A stretch of 64,000 nt of DNA from Scyliorhinus canicula (lineage: Eukaryota): contig NC_052146.1 in assembly GCF_902713615.1 (NCBI RefSeq), positions 237,659,827 to 237,723,826 on the forward strand. The letters are read 5' to 3'. Within the stretch, counting starts at the first letter, position 1. Each line of letters starts with the position of its first letter. The notes below the pieces were generated by a model. It did not search any database, was not told where the DNA came from, and saw only the letters and a list, made by a program, of their open reading frames with translations. The position numbers and the translations under genes were made by a program. Below are positions 13,122 through 26,262 of the stretch, one piece after another.

Positions 13122-14940
13122 ACCATGTTCGAGGACAGAGTCCCAACTAATTATGTGGCCCAGATGCTGCGTAACTTGGTTGAAAGGGACAGCTTTCCCA
13201 AACTACCAGAGATTGACAGGGCACACAAGTCATTCCGACCAAAGCCCAATGCTGGGGAGCAGCCGACGGCAATAATCAATGAGCTGCACAGGTACCCGGA
13301 TCAGGAGAGGATCCTGCATTGGGCTCGACAGACCAAAGCGAGCAGTTGGGAAGGACACCAAATAAGGGTGTATCAGGACATTGGGGCGGATCTGGCAAAG
13401 CGCAGGGCCAAGTTTAACCACGCGAAGTCAACCCTGTACAAGAACAGTGTAAAATTCGGGATATTATTCCCAGCCAGGCTCTGAGTGACATACTAGAATA
13501 CAGAATACTATTCCACCACCCCGGCAGAGGCAGACAAGTTTGTGCGTGCGAATGGTCTGGATAAAAGGCAAACAAAGCAACGGTGAGGAAGACGCAGGGA
13601 GAAAAAACTGATGGACATGGACAATTTTTGCACAGGGCCGCACTTCCTAGCTATGAGTAGGAGCACTAACTCCTAGGAAGGAAGGGGAGAGGGTACCAAA
13701 GCGCAGGACAGGGTGAGGAGGAGACCGAGGACAGCAGCGGAACGGGCATAGGAGGGGGTCCACTACACAACCGAGGAAAGCTAGCACGAGGAAGCATGGG
13801 GGAGGGGGGCTGTGGCTCCTCTTCCAGAGGGGAGAGAATACGTAGTAGGGGGGGGGGGGGGGGGGGGGAGGAAAGGGGGGGGGATGGACACGGGGTAAGC
13901 GGGGTAGAAAGTAGGGGAGCAAATAGAGGAGGGAATCGGGACCACGGAGGGAATATAATGATAAGGAAGGGATCTAGACTGACTTCAGCAGGTCAGGTTC
14001 GGGATGATAAAACAAGATGGCACCTTAAGCAGCCATTTTGGAGGGTCCCTAAACAAAAGGAAACCCCAGAATGCTGGGGTTCACCAACATGGCGTACACA
14101 CAACTAGCGGCCACTTTGGAGGGTCCCAGTGAACCCGAGAGGGGGAGGAGCAGAGGGTCTACCATTTAAAATAGCCCAAAACGAATTCCGCTAACTGGGG
14201 ATCCAGATAGCCCATGGCTAGACACAAATCCACAAGTGGATCTTATCAGTCTGGTTAAGGAAGTTAAAAAGGGCCTACAGAGATGGGATGCGCTTCCGCT
14301 TTCCCTGGTGGGGATGGTGCAGACGATCAAGATGAATGTGCTGCCCAGGTTCCTCTTCCTGTTCAGATCCATACCAATCTTCATCCCCAAGGCCTTTTTC
14401 CAAACAATAGACAAAATAATTATGGCATTTGTGTGTGTGTGTGGGGTGGGGGGAGAAGAATCCAAGAATCCTGTAAATAACAGCGCAAAGGAGAAGAAGC
14501 ATAGGTGGCCTTCCCGAACTTGCAATACTACCACTGAGCAGCCGCAGCCGTGAGAGTGAGGGGATGGGTAAAGGAACCAAACACGGAATGGGGTGAGGAT
14601 GGAGGAGTCCCTCTGCACAGGAATGACACTCCATGGGCCCTCGCCATGACGGCACTCCCATCCCTGTCAGCAAAATACTCAACCAGCCCAGTGTATTAGC
14701 AACACTGAGAACCTAGAACCAGATGAGGCAGCACTTTGGTCTGACCAAAGTGCCACCATGGCCTCCATCTGTGGCAACCACAGGCTTCCACCAGCCATGC
14801 TCGACACTACCTTTAAGAGGTGGAGACAGGATGGGGGGGATGGGGGGGGCGGGGACACTGACGGTTGGGAACCTTTACACAGGGGACAGACTGGTGACCC
14901 TAGGAGAGCTGACGGAGAGACTGGAACTACAGATTGGCCT
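13122..14940 (+). mobile_element. Internally deleted L1-clade fragment (ORF1 C-terminus, spacer, late ORF2)
   Basis: IDRAH...IRVYQDIGADLAKRR...FGILFPARL; W..LPLSL.G.VQTIKMNVLPRFLFLF. Confidence 0.85.
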
Positions 14941-15661
14941 ACGCTTGTAAGCACAGTATTTATGTGGTTATTCCAGTTACATTTCTGGTCACTGGTAACC
15001 CTAGGATGTTGATGGTGTGATCTTCAGATAAGGTAATACCATCAAATGTCAAGGCAGCTGGTTAGACTTTCTCTTGTTGGAGATGGTTATTGACTAGCAC
15101 TTGCATGGCGCATATGTTTCTTGTCATTCGTCATTCCAGCCTAAATGTTGTCCAGGTATTGCTGCATTTGGACACGGACTGTTTTATTATCTGAAGAGGG
15201 ACTGAGCACCAATCATCAGCGAGCATCCCCACTGTTGACCTTTGGATGCAGGCAAGGTCATTGATGACACAGCTGAAGATGGCTGTGTCTAGGAAACTGC
15301 CCTGAAGAACTTAAGCAGCACGCACAGAGGCTGGGATAATTGGTCTACAAGATCCACAAACATCTTCCTTTATACCAGTCATTTTCAAACCCAGGGTCAT
15401 GACTCATGGGTGGGTTGGGGGCGGGTGTTGGGAGCGGCTGGCAGGAGGGCTGCGGAGCCTTGCGTCCCGGCATTCCCGATAACGAGATCATGCGTCGTGG
15501 GAACCCGATCGCGGAACATAGTGCCCAACAGTGTGACCAGCTTTCAGAATGCCGGCCATTCTGCGCATGCGTTCCCCCTCATCAGTGCAGAGGCCTAGAG
15601 CCCAGCGGGGCAGAACACCTCCTTCTGACATCAGCGCTCTGACCAGGAGCATATTATTTTT

Positions 15662-17997
15662 TTATTTATTTATTTGGCCTTGAAAGAAAAAGTTTATTTT
15701 AGACAAACTGACTGGTACAGAGCCAAACTAAAGTAACTTCTTTTCATTTGGTCATGAAAGCAGAGAGAAATGCTGCACAGTGCGGTTTGAAATAGTTTTA
15801 AATTATCCAAGGTAAGAAATTAGTCTTCGGTTTCCAGGGTAACTTTTGTGAGGGGTGTGTGAATTAGGAGAGGTTGCATTATCACTTCACAACGCTCATT
15901 ATTAAAAGCAGTACAGCTCACTCACACAACTTTTACCTTAACCGAGCTGACCTTGTAGATAGCAGACTGTGCTACTGCAATATTATGTTCTAGTAATCCC
16001 GTCTAATTAATTTCTTCCAACACTTACGAGATCTGTCTCCAGCGACACTCACTGAATAAATTTAATAATTTACCCATGTGCTTATCTTCATCAGGTAGTT
16101 TTAATCATTTATATCCATAAAAAAGTGGATATTTTCTAACGGTTCATACATAACAAAATGCTGATACTTGCTTGTCGGGATGTGGGAGTAGAGATTGCAA
16201 CTCTGATTACACATCCACCAACTAGTCTGCTGTTGAAGCGAACTGATAAGGAACAGTTTAAGCCATCAAAGTAGAAAAGCAAAATTAAGAGGTTATTCCT
16301 TTTGATAGTGCAAATATGTGCAGGTTAGGTGGATTGGCCATGATAAATTGCCCTTAGGGTCCAAATTGCCCTTAGTGTTAGGTGGGGTTACTGGGTTATG
16401 GGGATAGGGTGGAGGTAGGGTGCTCTTTCCAAGAACCGGTGCAGACTCGATGGGCCGAATGGCCTCCTTCTGCACTGTAAATTCTATGATATGATTTCAG
16501 AGGATGTAAAAATTAAGCTTTTCAGAAAGCTACTACGTACTACAGCATTGTAAGGAAATAGGTGGTTAGAATATTAAGTTGTTCAAGTGGAATTGAAACT
16601 GTCGATTTGGCCAGAATAACAACATGTTTGTGGAGCCAGAATCACTCCGTTAGTTGTTCACAAAAATTAGTTATCAGAGCACTGTCTCAGATCCGAACAA
16701 CTTGCTTTTTCTTGACTTGTTTCTTCTGAACCATCTCCATGGCAACTGTGGCTTCATATACAGGAATGGGTTCATCCAACTGAGGCCGAAAGGTTCCACT
16801 GGACAGCTTCTCCATTACATCCTTCAAAATATGCAGGTACTTCCCCTGTTGCTTGATAGTTGCCACACTTCCTCATTTAGGAATGAAATGGTTGCTCCTT
16901 TGTGAAACAGAAATTGACTATCTGGTGGATCAAGCTGCAGATTCTCCTCTGTTGTTACCCAGTGACCTGCAACAGCCAGAAGACTGAGAATGTCATGTTT
17001 ATGTGGGAGATGCCGTTTGACAGCTGGTTCATCTTCCTTGCTGTAGAGCTGCACTCCACAGTCCACCACAATGTTCACACCTAGCCCACCAGTTTCTTCT
17101 AAACAACTGTCCACAAGGTCAACCTTCCCATCAGACAAGTTGATCACCCTGGTGACCAAAGGTTGTCTGATGCCAACTGTTGGTCTTAATCCTTCCAAAT
17201 ACATTTTGTCTTGAAGGTTGTCTGCAGTAGGAATTACTTTTGCTCCTCGATAATGAGCCAACTGAACAAGAATGGTACCAAAAGGACTTGCTCCTTCCAT
17301 CACTAGCACAGTTGTCCCAGCGCTAACATGAGAATGTGTGTGCAAGGCCATGTATGCACGCAATCCGTCACGAATAGTTCCTGCAGCATCCATCCAGCTC
17401 CCATTTTCGGGTTTAGCTACAAGATTGTGCTCATGAACCAGCAGAGTACTGCAGAGCCCAGATTCTTTACAATCCAAAGGCAGAATACCATCATTCGGCT
17501 TAAAGAAGCTCTCTTTTGGTCCAACCTCAAGAACCACTCCAGCTACTTCTATTCCAATTGGCAAAAAATCTTCCTGCAATTTTCGCTCCATCAGCAACTT
17601 TGTATTCACAGGACTGAAAGCACAAACTTTAACCTGTATTTTGACATAATGATCACTTACACTAGGGGCAGATACCTTGTCTTGGAACACAAACTTTATG
17701 TCTTCATTAGCTTCAGCCAACTGGCAATATAGTCCTTTCATCTTGAATACCGTGGTTAACTCGCCTACTTCATCCACTTTCTTTATTCTCTAAATTAAAT
17801 GCTCTAAATCTAACGTCATATGCTCAATGTGACAGGAATGATGCATATTTATAATGCAGAGGAGTTGTGTGGGGGGGGGGGGGGGGGGGGGGTTGGACGA
17901 GGTGACGTTAAATGCCTCCCTTCATTTATAACCGAAACACCGGGTGCAGCCTGAGCGTCGCCATGGTCACTGAATCAACCTAACCTGACAGCAACCT
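15662..17997 (-). pseudogene. CRYZL1: CRYZL1 processed pseudogene (retrocopy including UTRs); ancestral CDS 17741-16687
   Basis: Intronless MKGLYCQ...KKQVVRI* reading, frameshift near 16852, short in-frame deletion (KPND-GILP). AATAAA at 15693-15698 (-), A-rich tail 15662-15675, 19-bp TSD CCAGGAGCATATTATTTTT at 15643-15661 and 17998-18016. Confidence 0.92.
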
Positions 17998-18187
17998 CCA
18001 GGAGCATATTATTTTTAATTCGCTGGAGTCTACCTGCATGGAGTGACAGCAAAGAGCAGATCACACACCCCTTACACTGATGTCATGTGTTCGCGGCACG
18101 AGAGAGATTCATCCATTTTGCAGCTGCCAGCAGTGTCGGTGTGAACTCCACGGCCTCTGGTGAACAACCTATGAAGAAGCTGAAAAC

Positions 18188-18358
18188 GGGGGGGGGGGGG
18201 GGGGGGGGGAGGAGGGGGTGGGGATTAGGGGGTGTTGTTCTGCAGGTTGTTTTTTTATTCTTTTTTTAATGTGTGTCGGCCCACGCAGTTGTTTAAGAGA
18301 TGTGAATGTGTTAAATTGTGAAAATTACAAATGCTTCAATAAAATATTTTCTAAAAAA
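18188..18358 (+). mobile_element. 5'-truncated L1-type 3' end inserted in the hAT transposase remnant
   Basis: G-rich start, AATAAA, A-tail; TSD AAGCTGAAAAC at 18177-18187 and 18359-18369. Confidence 0.75.
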
Positions 18359-20665
18359 AAGCTGAAAACAGGAACAAAGCAGCATAAAGATGATTACTTG
18401 AGGTTTGGGTTTATTAATTGTGCTACTGCAAATCAGGATTCAAAGTTCATGTGTTATATGCAGGAAAGAATTGGCAAATGAAAGCTTAAAACCCTCAAAA
18501 CTTCAAAGACATTTTGAAGACTAAGTGTGGTGAGTTCATGGACAAACCTCTTGATATTTTGCAACGGATGCAGTGAGATCTTAAATCAACATAAGTCATT
18601 ACCAGAATTGTAACATTGAATAACAAAGCAAGTGAGATTGTAAGTGAAAATGGTGGGTCGTGACGTTCGAGCAGCATGGGTCGCGAAGGTCGGCCAGTGT
18701 GGGTCGCGAAGGTCAGCCAGTGTGGGTCGCGAAGGTCAGCCAGTGTGGGTCGAAAAGGTCGGCCAGTATGAGTCGCAAAGATCGGGCGGTGTGGGTCCCG
18801 AAGGACAGTCGGTTGGCTAAAAATAGGTCCTGGGCAAAAAAGTTTGAAAAACACTGCTTTATAATAAGTATGCCTCCAGTGGAGATTTCCCCCAATTCCA
18901 ATTTACTTCAATTTTACTAGGGCTCTTTGATGTCACATCCATTGAAATACTGCCTTGATGTCAAGGACTGTTACTCGCACTTTACCTATGGAATTGAACT
19001 TTTTTGTCAATATTTGGACCAAGGTTGTAATGAGGTAAGGAGCCAAGTGGTCGTGTGAATGTTAACTCAGCACTTGTGAGTGTGTTATTGCTGAGTAGGT
19101 ACTGCTTAAAAGCAATATCAATGATACCTTCCATAACTATGCTACGATTGGAAGTTATCTGAAGGAGCAGTAAATGGCTGAAATCAAAACAAAGTGTTGG
19201 AATAACTCAGCTGGTCTGATAACAACTGTGGAGAGAGCAACACAGTTAACATTGAGCCCAATGACATTGGACTTGAAACATTAACTGTTTCTCTCTCAAC
19301 AGCTGCTGATAGATCGGCTAAGTTTTTCCAGCACTTGTTTTTATTTCAGAACGCCAGAATTTTCAGTATTTTAGCAGTAAATGGTTGGACTGGGTTAGTT
19401 CTTTTTTGTGGATAGGGTGGTTGGGCAATTTTCCACATTGTCAGTAGATGTCAGTGTTGTAGTTGTATTGATCGGCTTGGCCAGAAGAATGGCTACTTTT
19501 GGAGTAGAAATCTTCAACACTGGGGGGCATGATCGAATGGCTGCATTATCCTGCTCCTGGGATGCACCCGGCTTGCAACGCCTTGCGAGATCTAACTTAA
19601 TCTCAAGAGACGTTGCAATGTGAATCCTGCCCATTATGGGTGGGACCACCTTTTTGGCAAATCTGCATATTAAAGCGTGACAGCGCGTCTCACTTGGGTT
19701 GCCTCTGGGACGCCATTTAAAGTGCAGAAAACAGGCTCTGTGCGGCCTTGGCCACGCGTTCCTTGCTGAGGCCCCATCTAACTGGGCTGCGTTAAATAGC
19801 GGGGTGTTTCTAGGCACTACAAGCACCGGGAACAGGTGGCTAAACATGCTCACTATGGGACTTTGTTCATATTTTGTTAAATTGCGCTCATGATGTTATC
19901 AAGACCCCACAGTCTTAGCTGTATCCAGGCACTCAGCCATTTCTCAATAAGACTAGCACCTGTATGGCTGAGGATCTCAAGAGGCAACACTGGTGGATCA
20001 TGGATCATCCACATGGCACTTCTGGCCAGGATGGTTGTAAACACTTTACCCTGGTCTTTTGCACTGGTGCATGGAGCTGCATTCAAGATGGGGATTGTTT
20101 AATTGTCCACCACCATTCCAACAGTTTGTGATAGGACTGCAGAGTTGTTCACACAATCACTTAGTTCTTTATATCACATGCTGCTTCTGTTGTTAAGCAC
20201 ATTTGTCCTGCGTTAAAATGTCACTAGATTGTAGCCTCATTTTTAGGTATACCTGATGCTGCTCCTGATATGCTCTCCTTACTCCTCAATGAATGACAGT
20301 TGATCCCTTGGCTTGATGGTCATGGTAGGGTAATGGATATGCTGGGCCATGAGTTTACAGACTGTGGACTACAATTTTGTTATTGCTAATAGTTCACACC
20401 GCCTTACAGATACGCAAGTTTGAGCTGTTTGTCCTTTCCGAATCTAGCCCATTTAGCACAGTGGTAGAGACACACATCACAATGGAGGGTAGGACATCCA
20501 GCATGAAAGGATTTTGTCTGCACAAGGACTATACAATGGACACGGACTCATGAACTTGCAACAGGTAATTGGAGAGGATGAGATCAATTGTTTTTTTCCC
20601 TCGTTTTTGTTCTACCACCATCTGCCGCAAACCCAGTCTGTCAATGTTGTCCCTCAGGACATCTT

Positions 20666-20925
20666 GGTCGGGATTCGGGAAACCCCCTGCGCATGCGCAG
20701 GAAACACGGCAGCGGTTCTGCGCATGCGCCAGAACATTCTGGCACTCCTGCGCATGCGCCAACTCGCGCCAGCCGGCGAAGGCCCTACGGCGCCGGTTGG
20801 CACGGCGCCAACCACTCCAGCACCAGCCGAGCTCCCAGAAGTGCAAAGTGCCCGACGCCAGAGTGGTTCGCACCTCTCTTTGGTGGCGGTACAGCCTGCC
20901 TGCCGATTGCAGGAGAATCCCAGCC
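20666..20925. mobile_element. Short GC-rich MITE with 3-bp TSD
   Basis: GGTCGGGATTC ... GGAGAATCCCAGCC flanked by CTT/CTT. Confidence 0.65.
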
Positions 20926-22410
20926 CTTAGCTTTGACAAAGTGTCATCCAGACTCAAAACATTAGCTCACTTTTCTCTCCACAGATGTTGTCAGACCTGC
21001 TGAGATTGTCCAGTTTATTCTGATTTTGTTTTCCCTCAGGACTCTGCCCGCTTACTCAGAAGTGATGCTACAAAGCCACTCTTGAAATTGAACTGTGAAG
21101 AACCACTCAGAGTACATTCTGCGCTCTTCCAAGCAATGTTCAACATGGAAACATACTGATTCATCAGTTGATGGAGGTTGTTAGGTGGTAGTCAGCAGAT
21201 GTTTTTGTCTATGATTGAACTGATGCCATTAGATTACATAGTGAAATATTTAAAAACTGCATTAACATGAAATATACTCTGATCGTAAATGGATAATTGG
21301 TAGAATAATTCACCTATAAAATGTTTTAAGATTGCAAATAGCTAGAATACACACTTTGACCCTGTATGCCAAGGTACATGGAATGAGAAGTGAAAGATGA
21401 TCAAGTAAACACTATATAGGCAATGTCAAGAATGATGTGTGGATGAACAAACTAGAATGGTCAAGCTTTTTCAAAGCTGGCACAAGTGTAATCATTCAAC
21501 TCAATTCGTCAATCTGAGTTAAGGAACAGGAATTCAGTAGTCGTAATCGAAGTTCAGTTGTCCAGGGCGGCAAGGTGGTACAGTGGTTAGCACTGCTACC
21601 TCAGGTGCCGAGGAACCAAGTTCCATCCCAGCCCCGGGTCAATGTCCATGTGGAGTTTGCACATTCTCCCGGTTCCTGCATGGGTCTCACCCCCACAATC
21701 CAAAAATGTTCAGGGTAGGTGGATTGGCCACGCTAAAATTGCCCTTTTATTAAAGAAACAAAATTGGGCACTTCAAATATTTTGAAAAATTCAGTTGTCC
21801 AATTCTTTTTTTTGGATAGCAAATACATTGGTAATGGTCTTTTTCCTTTACTCCCACCTCCATTTGATCCTAAATGGTACCATGCAAATCTGGTGTTCTC
21901 ACCCAGGAAGCTCCAGGTTAAATATTGTGGAAAATGTAAAACTGTCAGTGAAGCACTGGGAGTTCTTTTTCTAATTTTGGAGCAGAGGCAGATGTTTGGA
22001 AAGAGTAGAGAGACTTATTCCGCATCTATTTATGCAAAGGCTTTATATTCAAAACAGAAATTTATATATTTTTCCAGCACTAAGATCACCATATCGCAAG
22101 GAAAACTTTCAAAATAAATTTGTGCTGTGAACATTTGGAAAAGGAAATTATCTTACAAATAACATTGTAAGCAATGCTCTCCATCCCATATATTTATTCA
22201 ATTAGCGGTAAAAGACATGATATGGCAGGTAATTAATACGTTTGAGACTGTGGCACTCTTCCATTACAATGATGGAACCCATGTTAAAACTTTAAAAATA
22301 GAGGAAGTATTTACGACAATGAAAGCAATGCCAATTTCAAAAATGTTACTGTAAAAATTGGACACATCTAGCCAGCTGCAAGTCTGTTGGCTGAAACCTT
22401 TGTTGCTTTT

Positions 22411-22839
22411 TTAATCAAAATTTAGAATTGTAGGCTCATGTCCTGTTTCCTTCACAAAATTCAGGAAGTCTACAGGCTTAATACCCATAGTGGCTGAATT
22501 AATCATTGGATGAAAATACAGTCTTTCATGTCCTCCATCCACAAAGTTTGAATCTAACACAAATTTTACATCCCCTTGTTTATCACAAAACAAAGAAAGT
22601 GGTGTTGCACAACCTTGACCAACTTTTAATTTTTCCAACATTGTCCCTTCATCTGCAAAGCGCAGATTTCCACTTCCACAACCCAGCTTCTTTGCTAGGT
22701 CATTCAAGTTGATTTGTCTGTCGTATAAAACTGTCACCAACCATAAGCTTTTTTTCTTCTTGTCTTTAAGAAACAAATTCTTACTGTGTGCCCCTTTAAG
22801 GTGTTGTACATAAGGCATCATAGCTTCAACTGTGAACAC
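22411..22839 (-). CDS. PRORSD1: PRORSD1 exon 2 (terminal)
   Basis: ttttttag|GTG TTC ACA...; VFTVEAMMP...HSKNLFLKDKKKK...LRFA...GCATPL...FHPM.N.ATM...LNFD*. Total protein 170 aa with no disablement. Candidate AATAAA at 22193-22198 (-). Confidence 0.95.
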   Translation of the reverse strand: MFTVEAMMPYVQHLKGAHSKNLFLKDKKKKSLWLVTVLYDRQINLNDLAKKLGCGSGNLRFADEGTMLEKLKVGQGCATPLSLFCDKQGDVKFVLDSNFVDGGHERLYFHPMINSATMGIKPVDFLNFVKETGHEPTILNFD

Positions 22840-25671
22840 CTAAAAAAAAAGTTACAAATCTGAAATTAAAAATAATCTATGTTTTGCAGGATACAATATT
22901 CAAATTTAGAAACCAAATAGTTCTACAAGCAAGCTGAATGAATTATACAAATGTCTCATAGATCATAGAATTTACAGTGCAGAAAGAGGCCACTCGGCCC
23001 ATCTAATCACCACCGGCCCTTGGAAAGAGCACCCTACCTAACCCCACACCTCCACCTTAACCCCGTAACCCCATCTAACCCTTTTGGGCACTAAGGGCAA
23101 TTTTGTGTGGCCAGTCCACCTAACCTGCACATCCTTGGACTGTGGGAGGAAACTGGAGCACCCAGAGGAAACCCACGCAGACACAGGGAGAAATTGCAGT
23201 CTCCACACAGATAATTTGTCATCCTTACCCAGATTGGTCTGCATCTGGCTCCAATCCCATGCACCAATGTGATTGATTCTTAACTACCCTCTGAACTGGC
23301 CTTGCAAGCCATCAGTTGTATTAAATCATGGATGTGCATAATCACTGGCATGGATCAGTTGGGTCAAGTGGCCCGTTTCTGGGCTATAAAACTTTTATGC
23401 AGTTGTGGCTCAAGAAAGTGGTCCATCATCAGTTTCTTAGGCAGCCTTACCAATTGCATCTACATCCCAAGAATATTTTCACTTGACTGATTCCTGGGTT
23501 GAAGGGATTAGCTTATGAGGAAAGGGTTGGGCCCATTAGAGTTTAGAAGAATGAGAGGTGATCTTATTGAGGCATACAAGATCCTGAAAGGATTTGACAG
23601 GGTAGATGCTGAAATGATGTTTCCTCTGTGTGTGGATGGTGGGGAGCGGGGATTTGGAATTAGGGGACATAATTGGAAAATTAGAAATCTCCCATTTAAG
23701 ACTGAGATGAGCAGATATTTTTTTCTCTCAATAGACCATTAGTATGAGGGAATCTCTTCCTCAGAGAGCAGTGGATGATGGGTCATTTATCAAGGCTGAG
23801 TTAAATAGATTTGTTGCTTGACAGGGAGGCAAGCCATGATCTTATAATAATAATAATCTTTATTCTCACAAGTAGGCTGACAGTAACACTGCAATGAAGT
23901 TACTGTGAAAAGCCCTAGTCGCCACACTCCGGCGCCTGTTCGGGTACACAAAGGGAGAATTCAGAATGTCCAAATTATCTAACAAGCACGTCTTTCGGGA
24001 CTTGAGAGAGGAAACTGCAGCACCCGGAGAAAACCCACGCAGACACAGGGAGAACATGCAGACTCCCCACAGTGACCCAAGCCGGGAATCGAACCTGGGA
24101 CCCTGGCGCTGTGAAGCAACAGTGCTAACCACTGTGCTACCATGCCGCCCATTATCAGAGGGTGCAGTAGACTTGAGGGGCGAATGGTCTACTCCTGCTC
24201 CTATTTCTTTAGTACTTCTGTGTGAATTTTAAAAGTATTATGATTTTTTACTTTTAATGCCTTCATTCATGCTTATACGAGGGCCTCAGGTTCTTCCGTG
24301 TACCTGCTGTTTGCTCAATTTCTAAAGATACTTCAGTGTCATTTAAATAGTTGAACTGCTACAATGATATGGCAGTTTATCAGATTTTTTTTCAAAATTA
24401 AAGTCACCAGCAGATCCCTGGGATAGAGAAAGAGATTGGTTTTCTGAATACGTGATTCTGTTGCCTTGACAGATCTGGGGGTGCCCTTCAATGTGCCCCA
24501 GCAAGGGTCTCCAGGATTGTTGTGGTCTGCTTTGCACTTCATAACATGGTGCCACAGAGAGAATTGGAGATGGCAGCAGGGGAAAATGGAGAGTTCCTAG
24601 CATCCTTGGAGGTAGATGTGGAGGGGCCAGATGTGCCGTTTGTACATCCTGGCCATTTTAGTTGAGGTGTGCTTCCAGCATTACAAACTTTCCATCAAAT
24701 CCACTGTGCAATCCCCCTATCATTATCACTTCCAAACTTCCTCTCTACAATCACCCAACCATTCTTCACAGTCACACCCTTTCCGCCTCATCAAGGTGCC
24801 TCATTCCAATCAGCTGACTGAAACCGATGGGGTCAATGGGAGGTACAACAGATAAGAGTTCATGAGAATGAGAAGTTCATGTAAAACCCATTCTTTCGCT
24901 CACATTAAGAGCTTCAAACAAGGTAGGTTGGAAGTGAGGTAGCATGAGTCAAGAAGCAATAGCAAGAAGCAGGAAGTGCAAAAGAGGCAAGAAGAAAAGT
25001 TGACAGAAAGAGATCCAGCACATAAAAGCAACAGAAACAGTAAGAGACTGTGCTCTCCTACTAGAAATGCCACAGGAAATGAGCTAGTTTAAGTTAATCT
25101 TTCTGTCCCGCATTTTAATCAAAAACTATATTGCTCCAAACTTCATTTTCTAACTACCAACTCCCTCCCGGCAACCCCTCCTGGCAACAAGATGAGATTA
25201 ATTCAGTCTGTTTGCAACCGTTACATTTGATCCTGAAATGAGCTTCTGACCGCATATTCATACCATCTCTGAGACCACTTTTTCCACCTCTGCAACATCG
25301 CTGAAATTTGTCCCCATCTCAGCTCATCTGCTGCTGAAACTCATCCAATGACTTCATTACCTCTCTTCCAACGCACAGCTGGCTGGTCTCCAATATTCCA
25401 CCCTCCATCAACTTTACATCTTCCAATCTCTGCTGTGCATGTCTCAATTAGCAGCAAGTCCAGTTCCTTTACCATCTCTGTGCTCACTGACCTTCATTGG
25501 CTCCCAGAGAAACAATGTCTTCACATTAAAATTTCCATCCTTGTTTTCAAATCCCATCATGGCCTTGCCCTTCCCCATCTTCAGCCTCACAACCCTCCAA
25601 GATATCTGCACTGCATTCCTTTAATTCTGGCCTCTTGTGCATTTCCAAATCATAATTGCTTCACTCAGAAG

Positions 25672-26010
25672 GATGTGAGCATCTGAAGACCCGCACATCG
25701 AGACATAGGAAGTGTCTTTCCCACAGCTACTCGACTCCTCAACGACTCTCCCTCGGACTGATGTGTTCCCTGTAAGAACACTAGTCACGATGTCCTATGC
25801 TGCTCTTGCTCATGTATTTGCTTTGTTTAATTTGTTTGGCCCCTTGTTCCACACTGTAACCAATCACTGTTTGTTGATGTACCATTTGTCAATGTACTCT
25901 GTCGATTATTCTTTTTTGTCTACTGTGTACGTTCCCGTGGCCGCGGAAAGATACTTTTGACTGTACTTCGGTACGTGACAATAAATCAAATCAAATCAAT
26001 ATCAATCAAA
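25672..26010 (+). mobile_element. Rex/Babar-like LINE 3' end nested in an L2 remnant (about 25190-26230)
   Basis: FPTATRLLN-like ORF end and (ATCAA)n tail. Same family inverted at about 56425-56800; relative at 55075-55410. Confidence 0.6.
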
Positions 26011-26262
26011 GTAATCAACTCTTGGTGGCTATGTCTTCTGTCCCCTCGATCCTAAGCTCTGGAATTCCCTCACTATCTCTCCACCTTGCTTCTTTTAAGA
26101 CACTTCAAACCTTCCTCTTTGACCAAGCTTTTAGTAACCTAATCTAATGTCTCCTTATCATACTTTATTTAGTAAAGCCTCCTGTGAAGTTCCTTGGGAT
26201 ATTACTTTAAGGGCACTTTATAAGTAAGTTAACATAGCGATTTGTTTTAAACATAGTTTTAC

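Larger units (their letters stand above)
15376..18856 (+). mobile_element. Non-autonomous hAT (Buster/Charlie-type) DNA transposon carrying nested insertions
   Basis: TIRs CAGTCATTTTCAAAC ... GTTTGAAAAACACTG; 8-bp TSD CTTTATAC/CTTTATAA. Frameshifted transposase N-terminus at about 18360-18570 (DDYLRFGF...LANESLKPSKLQRH...KP). Subterminal ~23-bp GGTCGCGAAGGTC repeats at 18655-18810. Confidence 0.88.

Noticed and set aside
16824-17777. 317-aa ORF as a functional CRYZL1 gene
   Set aside because: Intronless, TSD-flanked, A-tailed and frameshifted; the true start is ATG 17741, not GTG 17777.
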